A program made the translations under genes and the position numbers. A stretch of DNA of 64,000 nucleotides from Alkalispirochaeta sp. (GTDB lineage Bacteria > Spirochaetota > Spirochaetia > DSM-27196 > Alkalispirochaetaceae), in NCBI GenBank assembly GCA_965242725.1, contig CBDESZ010000016.1:160001-224000 (forward strand). Reading direction: 5' to 3'. Below the pieces are notes generated by a model. It ran no database searches and was not told where the DNA came from. It saw nothing but the letters and a program-made list of their open reading frames with translations. Of the stretch, positions 63,246-64,000 are shown one piece after another. The number at the start of each line of letters is the position of its first letter. Within the stretch, counting starts at the first letter, position 1.

Positions 63246-64000
63246 ATGTTATTCCCTTCCAAAGGGTCCATGCACAGCGGTGTCCGGCGCATTGCCGCTC
63301 TGACTTTCGTCCTCCTTTTCCTTTTCGGCGGGTGTGTCACCCGACCCGATGGGATCTCACGCCGGAAAACTCCCGGCGGCGCGGAGGGGCTCCCTGAAGC
63401 GGATACAAATGTGGCGATTGACCGACGTCTTGAAGAGATGACCCTGCGGGAAAAGCTGGGTCAGCGTTTTCTCATTTATGTTCCCCGGGACGGAGGAATC
63501 ACTGAAGAGTATGTCACGCTCCTGAAGCGTACCGCTCCGGCGGGAATGATCGTCTATCCATGGAATTACCGTGACAGAGATGCCCTTATCAATCTTACGG
63601 CAAAACTGCAGCGCCTCGCCGCGTATCACCCCGCAGGCGGTAACTTTCTCATAGCTGCGGATCAGGAGGGGGGACGGGTTGCGGCATATCGCTTTCCCGA
63701 CCTGCCCCGGTTTCCATCGGCGGCGGCGATGGCGCGGCAAGCGACGGTGCCGCACCAAGCGGCAGCGGCGCACCAAGCGACGGTGCCGCACCAAGCGGCA
63801 GCGGCGCAACAGGCGACCGTGCCCGGACCGGCCGACTCCGATGAAAGCGCCCGCTCTTCCCCGCCGTCCGCCACGAGTTCGGAACCAACCTCTTCCTCGC
63901 CGTCCGACGTGGTACCCGATGGAAGCCCCCGCCACTCCGCAGTCGACGATAACTACCTCTACAGTCAGGGATACATCACCGGCCGGGACCTGCGTTCCCT
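63246..64000 (+). CDS. glycoside hydrolase family 3 (NagZ-like) lipoprotein, partial (not in ORF track)
   Basis: Manual translation: LLFLFGGC lipobox, MTLREKLGQ, IAADQEGGRV, FPSAAAMA; open to window end. Confidence 0.85.
   Translation, partial: MLFPSKGSMHSGVRRIAALTFVLLFLFGGCVTRPDGISRRKTPGGAEGLPEADTNVAIDRRLEEMTLREKLGQRFLIYVPRDGGITEEYVTLLKRTAPAGMIVYPWNYRDRDALINLTAKLQRLAAYHPAGGNFLIAADQEGGRVAAYRFPDLPRFPSAAAMARQATVPHQAAAAHQATVPHQAAAAQQATVPGPADSDESARSSPPSATSSEPTSSSPSDVVPDGSPRHSAVDDNYLYSQGYITGRDLRS
63738..63824 (+). repeat. 36-bp in-frame tandem repeat x ~2.4
   Basis: caagcgacggtgccgcaccaagcggcagcggcgca(c/a) twice plus a partial copy; encodes QATVPHQAAAAH. Confidence 0.85.

Overview
Replication-origin region of a GC-rich bacterial chromosome, most likely a free-living spirochaete (gyrB divergent from dnaA, GyrB 'LPLWGKMLN' variant, tRNA-Arg(GCG), many lipoproteins). 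The core is gyrA-gyrB <- -> dnaA-dnaN-recF-dciA-rpmH-rnpA-yidC-jag, with DnaA boxes and a DnaA-trio unwinding element, parA/parB, and three parS sites in or beside a 1.35 kb gene-free tract. Other blocks are tRNA-Ser x4 + tRNA-Arg + SRP RNA-dnaX-ybaB-recR, an amino-acid ABC transporter, ahcY-metK-metF and gatCAB-aspS. Main unexpected items: (1) an integrase-less integron-type cassette array at about 3.6-6.5 kb on the minus strand, made of an attI-like site, an HNH-nuclease cassette, a canonical attC, a cassette with two coupled unknown genes (candidate undescribed defence system) and a decayed attC, next to a MazEF-like pair; (2) GatB fused in frame to an asparaginase/GatD-like domain; (3) a GlpA-like flavoprotein coupled to an SdhB/FrdB-type Fe-S subunit. 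Single-base indels in G/C runs break gyrA, gyrB, the glpA-like gene and a NAGPA-family gene; dnaA is also frameshifted. These are most likely sequencing errors. All calls come from reading the sequence by eye; no searches were run.
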